A stretch of 63,707 nt of DNA, the filler included, from Saprolegnia diclina VS20 (Eukaryota): assembly GCF_000281045.1 (NCBI RefSeq). It is 5 parts of 3 records of this genome, joined end to end, with 100 filler letters (N's around TTAATTAATTAA, not from the genome) between each part and the next. Parts side by side here need not be neighbours in the genome. Positions count along the whole stretch, not along the records: positions 42,704 to 60,525 come from NW_008246220.1; positions 60,626 to 62,583 come from NW_008246220.1; positions 62,684 to 63,707 come from NW_008246224.1; 2 more parts are not named here. One strand, given 5' to 3'. Shown in pieces: positions 57,640 to 63,707 of the stretch. Under the pieces are notes generated by a model. The model was not told the origin of the DNA, did no database searches, and saw only the letters and a program-made list of their open reading frames with translations. Positions within the stretch are counted from its first letter, which is position 1; each line of letters starts with the position of its first letter. The translations under genes and the position numbers were made by a program.

Positions 57640-60600
57640 ATGCCCGAGGTCGCAAAATGTCGATTCCTATGACGTGGCACTCGGAAAATGTCCCTTTGGT
57701 GCCAACGTTCAATCGTGTAAAAGCATGTGTAGAAGCGAGCGCGACAAATGCGAAACACAGTGCTTCTACGAGAGAAGGATAACAACCATAAGCACTGCTC
57801 ATTCCGCAATTTGCGCTCCAGAGACTCGGCCGCAAAGCACTATCGCGCACGGCAAGGCGGTCGCAAGCGGGCGTCCTGTCGACTGTGGTCCTTGAAACTT
57901 GTGTGGCTGAGGTCCTACTTGCGTCACGAATCCCTGCAATACAGGGTATTGGCTCAACAGCTAAGCAAAGATTGCTGCGCCCTCATGCAGCATGCGAATT
58001 TGTTTGAGTCTGCGTCGTCGAGGATCGATGCTACACCAAGAATGACGGATGGTAACGTGTTGAGCAGCGTCGCAGCCATCGAGCACTGACACTAGTACCT
58101 TGGCGCAGGTGCATACAGGCGCGCAAGAGGCCTGCAGAGTCGTCGTTCCCAGATAGTGGGTCGCACCACAGCGTAGGCCGGTGTACAGCCATCGGCGCCC
58201 AGTCCGGTGGCGAAGCGCTCTGAGGTATTAGTCGATCTACTGAGATGAACGCAGACAACGTCGAGCGCGGGTGCGAGGAGTGCGGACGATATGGCCGCGA
58301 CCTTCGTCGTGTCGCGCTCGTGGCGTCGTTTCGAAGCATCCGCATAATATCCGGACACCAATAGCAAGGGCAAATTCAAAATGGGCAACACGACAACGAG
58401 CAGTGACGACGCTGCCGCAGCAGCAGTAGTAGGCGCGCGTGCGTCGCGTTCAGAGCGCGCGCGCCATCTCGCGACATCAAGCTCAATGGCGCTCATCTCG
58501 AGCGTCTCCCGCGTGACGTCCTGCTGCTTGCATACGACAGCCAGCACCGAGACCGCTGGCGGGCAGTTACCTCTCGCCCGCCGCGAACCTCTTAACCAAC
58601 TCACCTCCGATCCGATCTGTGCTCAAGGTAGCAAGTGATTAAGACAGGTTACTTATAGTGTTCGCGTAGGCTGCGCTGCCTTCATGACACTGAGGCTTTT
58701 GCCTTTGCTCCGCCATGTCGCGGCAGACGCCGTCGTTTCGACACGGCCACACTTCCGGCAGCATTTGCCAGCCTTAACGCCGCGACATCAACGACTTTTT
58801 GAGCCGATGGTACACACGGTACATGCTCAGGCACGATGTGAAAAGACCGGCGCCAGCTCGCGCATCCTGTCGAAACTCCCAAGTCATCGACACGATCGCG
58901 TCCAAGGTCAGCCACGAGCTGACGCCGCGCCGTCGACGCTCCTGCCTACTCTCTGGTCGCGAGCAGCCTCCCAGTCTTCGCCGTGGACGTCCCACAGGCT
59001 GCGCCACTCCTCCAGTCGCTCGACATACCTGTGCGGTCGCGCCCGCGCTCGCGCAGTGGCAAGTGAAGCTCCAGCGACGCAAAGTAACCCATGCTTTCAT
59101 CAACCTAGCTCATAGATGTATGTTCCCGTCCGCCGCGCTCCCCAAGACGGCCGCCAGGTGGCTGCTCATGCGCGGAGCAGAGCTCAAGCTGCAGGCGTGC
59201 CCGGCTGACACACTCATAGTCGTCTCGTTGAGGCGCATTCGACGCTTCTGCTGCTCCGCGATGACGACAGCACGTCGTCAAAGCTCTCGCGCTTTTTGAT
59301 CGTCTCTGTTGGTGTTTGTCCGCGACGCGTTTTGATCGCGTGTGGCCTGCAATCGCTGTCATGGCGCTGCTTGAGCAGATTCCTGCGCCCAACGCCCAAA
59401 GCTTTGCCGCGACAATGGCTTGCCGTTGGCATGACCGAGGGCCTCATGAATGCTTTTTGCACTCCACAGACGTCATAGCAGGCTGTCAACTGCGTCATTC
59501 GCCTGTAGCTGGCTCTGAAAAGACGAAATAAGAACCTTTTCATCTTATTTGTTTATTCTCTTGGCCCATCCCCAAGTCGCGAGGCTGACTACGTTGCGGT
59601 TAAAAATGAAGTCACCAAGACGTGGTACCTTGGTGGAGGGCGCCCTGGAGAGCACGGAAAGTAAGGTCCCATCGACGCTCGAGGCGTACAGTGGAAGCGA
59701 GACGCTATTCTCAAACAAAGATCTTAGTGTTATGTGGCACAACGATCTTACGTGCTGCATCACGGATTGCGAGCGAGCGATCCGCCCAAGCCACGCCATG
59801 GCCGTCATCTCGTTCAAGCTCCTTCAGGGCTTAGGCCGGCTCGTGACGGTCAAGGCTCTCGTCATCCGTGCGTGACTTTGACCGTCACGAGCAGGCTAAA
59901 CTGCTCAACGAGCCCGGGCGAGATGACAACCGCGACGTGGCTCGGGCGGGTCGCTCGGTCGCAATCCGTGATGGAGCACGTGATGGGGGCCGCGCGGTTC
60001 TTGACCTTGCTCTCGATCCAGCCCGAAAGGCAGCCGATAAAGCACTGGTGGATGCAGCGGAGCAGTCTGCGTCCGCGACTGGGACCTCCTTGCGGCGCTT
60101 CGTCGCGCTTACGTTTGATGGGCACTCCGAGCGTGTCCATGCAGACGGGGCACGTCGCCCTGCTCTCGGGTACGGCCGGTGGGTCCACGAGATTGCCCGT
60201 CCGCCATGCGTCGGGTACAATTGTAGCGCAGCGAAAGAAAAACCTGATATGAACGCCGGATGCAACCGGTAAATTTAACGGGGCTATCCTTTGGAGGCCA
60301 GCGTTGTCGAGGATAGTGAAACTCGTTTGGCCGAGGTCCTTCTTTCGCCGCAAATCCCTGCAGTACAGGACGTTGGCTTGCCAAGTACGCAAAGATCGCA
60401 GCGTCTTCATGCAGCATGCGAGCTTGGGTCTGCGTCGTCGAGAATCGATGATCACCTCGCTCGATTGGTGGTATCCGAAACGTGTTGAGCAGCGTCGCAG
60501 CCATCGAGCACCTGCACCAGCACCTNNNNNNNNNNNNNNNNNNNNNNNNNNNNNNNNNNNNNNNNNNNNTTAATTAATTAANNNNNNNNNNNNNNNNNNN

Positions 60601-61660
60601 NNNNNNNNNNNNNNNNNNNNNNNNNGCTTTGAGCCTTCATAATTCTAGACAGACTTGTCCTTGGCCACTGAAATGATTCCAGCTCGACAAAGAATGCGAT
60701 GCTCGACAAAATACTACATCCAAACCGATGTTGGAACGAGAGGCTAGTAGCTTATAATGCCTGGGCTCCCGCACTCGTGGTGATCTGGTCTTAAAACGTG
60801 TGTGAGGGTATTCATGCGTCGTCGTATGTCTGAGGTCGCAAAAAGGTCGATTCCTATGACGTGGCACTCGGAGAAGGCTCCATTTGGGCGCAAAAGTCGC
60901 GTCGAGTAAAAATAAGTGTAAAAGCGAGCACGACAAAGGCGAAACGCAGTGCATTCACGAGAGAATGATAGCAACTGCGTGATCTGCTCATTTCGCTATT
61001 TGCGCTACAGGGCCTCGGTCGCACAACACCGCGTTGCTGGGAACGGCGGTCCCAAGCGGGCGTCCTGTCGACTGTGACAGTGATGCTCGTGTGACCGAGA
61101 TCCTTCTTTCGCCACCGGTGGTAGCAGTAATATTTTCAGCAGCGTTGCGGCCATGCAGCGTCGGCACTACCAGCAGTACCTTGTTCTATGTGTATATGGG
61201 CGCGCAAGAGGCTCGCGGACCTGTCGCATCAGTATGTGCCGTGGCTGGTCGCAGCCATCGGCGCCATAGCTGAAGAAGGTCAGTGCTTCCGCGTTGTGCA
61301 AATATGCAAGTATGAGTTATGCAGTCGGTCCAGGCGCACCGACTGCGGCAACCTTGAGCGCATGTGCGAGGAGTGCGGGCCTTCTCGCGACGCATCCGGA
61401 TAATGTCCGGATATCAACGGCAAACAGCATTTCCGAAATGGTCGACACATCAGGATAACGAGGTCGCGACGGTGCTGGCGTCGTAGAAGGAGCTGCACAA
61501 GCGCCGCGTCGTGACCAGAGCGCGCGCGCTCTCGCGGCATCGATCTCGGTGGCTACAACCTCGAGCGCCTCCAGCGTGACGTTCCGCTGCATGCACGCGG
61601 CAGCCAGCTCAGAGGCTGCAGGCAGCGAAACGACCCGAGACCGCCCACCGCGAACGTCTC
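57640..61660. repeat. Degenerate segmental duplication (~3.1-kb offset, plus a third partial copy) containing pseudogene remnants
   Basis: GAGGTCGCAAAA..GTCGATTCCTATGACGTGGCACTCGG at ~57647 and ~60832. AACGTGTTGAGCAGCGTCGCAGCCATCGAGCAC at ~58054 and ~60479. Minus-strand peptides VLAVVCKQQDVTRETLEMSAIELDVAR and ELAAACMQRNVTLEALEVVATEIDAAR are homologous. Confidence 0.75.
59862..60200 (-). pseudogene. RBR (RING-between-RING) E3 ligase fragment, RING1 only
   Basis: CPVCMD...RCIHQCFIGCLSGWIESKV..PITCSITDC, truncated at LVTVK before any IBR domain. Confidence 0.65.
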
Positions 61661-62683
61661 GTCCCGGCAAGGAGCCTTCACGCCCGTCGCTGCGATGTGC
61701 ACGCTGCGCTGAGGCCCGTCAAAAGCGCTCTGGCGCACCACGTGCGGAAGAGCGTCGTGTCCAACTAGGCGCTGCACTCGATCCTCGCGTGCACATCACC
61801 CTGCAAGCGCTCTCGACATGAACGTCGAGAAGCAATCGGTCGTCAGCTGCCTCGTCTCGACGCTCCAGGAAGACGCAGGCGCGGTGGCTGCGCTGATGGT
61901 CGACAGAATCGATCCGCATCTCGTACGCTGCGACGACCCAGACAACACGGCGTTCTTCAGCACCAAGCGCGCACTCTCCGGCTACTAGATGTATTGTGTC
62001 TGTAAATGTAAACTCCATGTAAATTATACACCTATATCGACGCAAACCGAGTGCGGCTATACAAGTGCTACGTGCTCCCCATCCTTTTGTACAACTGTGG
62101 CACATGGGCCCTCACGCCAACGAGTCTGGCGGGCCTCGACAGATCCCATCGCCGGCAGCTGCGTCGTCTTTGAAGTACCTTGTACCCGACGACACTCTCC
62201 GACTTGGTGGGTCGGCTTTTGGGTAGAATTCGCGCCATTGACCGCGAGTCTCGGGCAATATTCACGTTGAGAGTGCGCATTGGGACTGGAAACACCACCA
62301 ACACCAACCTGCAAAAGTCGTCCAGTGTGAGAGCGTCGCAGGACTTCTTTACAAAGGACGTGGTTGTGTCTTATACGGTCTCCTTCCTTGAGCATGGCAT
62401 GTGCCATGTAAAAGACCCCCATGATGGCGCAGATAGTGCATTCGGCATCACTTTGGACAAGCGTTTCGAGCTCTCTAGGCTACACACGATGGTGCAACTT
62501 GGGCTCCGTGCTATACAAAGCAAACTCAAACCCACTACAACGAAAAGCCATTCTGCATTTTGACCGAAGGTTGCCATCAAATCNNNNNNNNNNNNNNNNN
62601 NNNNNNNNNNNNNNNNNNNNNNNNNNNTTAATTAATTAANNNNNNNNNNNNNNNNNNNNNNNNNNNNNNNNNNNNNNNNNNNN

Positions 62684-63012
62684 CCGAGGTAGACGAGGTC
62701 GGTGCCCGAGACTGCAACCGCCGAGAGCGACGGCTGTAGCGGCAAAAGCGCACGCATGTTCGCCATCGTCGACGCCAACGCAGGCGCACGGCGCAGCACG
62801 ATCGTGGGCCAGTCCAAGAGAAGCGACGTATCGGGCGTAGTGACGAGGTCCTTCAATGCGACGAGCGCCGGCAACAGCATCGGCGTGGGCATGGCGGCGA
62901 GGAAGGCGTCGAGCGTCCGCTGGTCCTGCACAGAGCGCGCAATGACGTCGAGCGCCTCTGGCACCAGCACCGAAGGCGGCGCGACCTTGGCCCGCTTCAG
63001 GTCCGGTGTCAT
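62684..63012 (-). CDS. Hypothetical protein N-terminus, probably a lineage-expanded F-box-like/LRR family; 3' part in gap
   Basis: MTPDLKRAK..LVPEALDVIARSVQDQRTLDAFLAAMP..L.PALVAL..L..DWPTIVL; GC3-rich. Confidence 0.55.
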
Positions 63013-63707
63013 GGTCTGCCGGCCGCACGATGGAAGATACGCTCCGGGATTTAAAATGTGGCATATGCCGCGAAGAGAAGCGTGTCTTGCCCGCGTTGAA
63101 CGGGCAACCTGCCTGTATTGATACCAATACTTGCGCGTTGGTGCCATCTAAAGTCGGGATGGTAGGCACTGTGAAACGCAGTATACGGGGTACGACACTA
63201 CAATTCATGTCTCGTCGAAGTACACCTCGGCGTCGGGATGCAAGTGGCGAAGGAATATGCGGGCGAAACCAAAATGGCACATGCCACACTTAATCATGCA
63301 AGAAACGTTAGTTGCTCTCTGCGTCATTGCTGTATCTACGTAGATCTATAGGTCAGTACCTTAGTGGGCACTTTGCGATGGAGCGCGACAAGGCTCGTTC
63401 GCCCACCCCTCCATTGGCCTCCTTTTCAACAAAACCTCCAAGTTTTATATTTCCTGCACAGTCGCATCGACTTTCCGAGTTCATTGACAACCATATGGTG
63501 CATTGTGTGCATTTGTACGTGGGGAACAAACCAATGCATTTGTCACTTGCAGCTACCGTCGACCTAAATACTGTGGAAAAGTAGGTGTGGGAAAATTCTT
63601 CCATAAGAAGTTCTTTCCCAAATGATGACATTTCAAACAGTTGTTGCTGAGACGGTGGGATTTCTACCTTGTTACAACACCTAACCGAAAACGAACTGAT
63701 CCACACC

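Overview
Eukaryotic, GC-rich draft-assembly window. Short (~40-65 nt) GT-AG introns and the gene repertoire point to an oomycete, probably Saprolegniales (inference). The first ~32 kb is mostly single-copy housekeeping genes: a WRKY19-like Zn finger, TPI, a thioredoxin reductase, bifunctional pseudouridine glycosidase/kinase, a MYND-Aha1N fusion, MFSD12-like transporter, ALKBH6, chitobiase, KAP3, Hsp33, an HD hydrolase, FAM241 and a T/K-type cyclin, plus a LINE remnant and a PIF/Harbinger-type element. From ~33 kb it is an accessory region: a direct-inverted-direct sulfotransferase triplication, six intronless ankyrin-like paralogs, a pseudokinase, a GIN-domain membrane protein, a ParB/Srx-fold ORF and decayed duplicated segments. 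The best finding is hidden from the ORF track. The thioredoxin reductase is a selenoprotein ending Gly-Cys-UGA(Sec)-Gly-UAA, with a canonical type II SECIS and a perfect 13-bp hairpin 6 nt after the Sec codon. A 52-nt intron splits the Cys codon of an N-terminal CPYY glutaredoxin-fold domain that resembles the MDH1B N-terminus more than classical TGR glutaredoxins. All family calls come from motif recognition by eye; no database searches were run.
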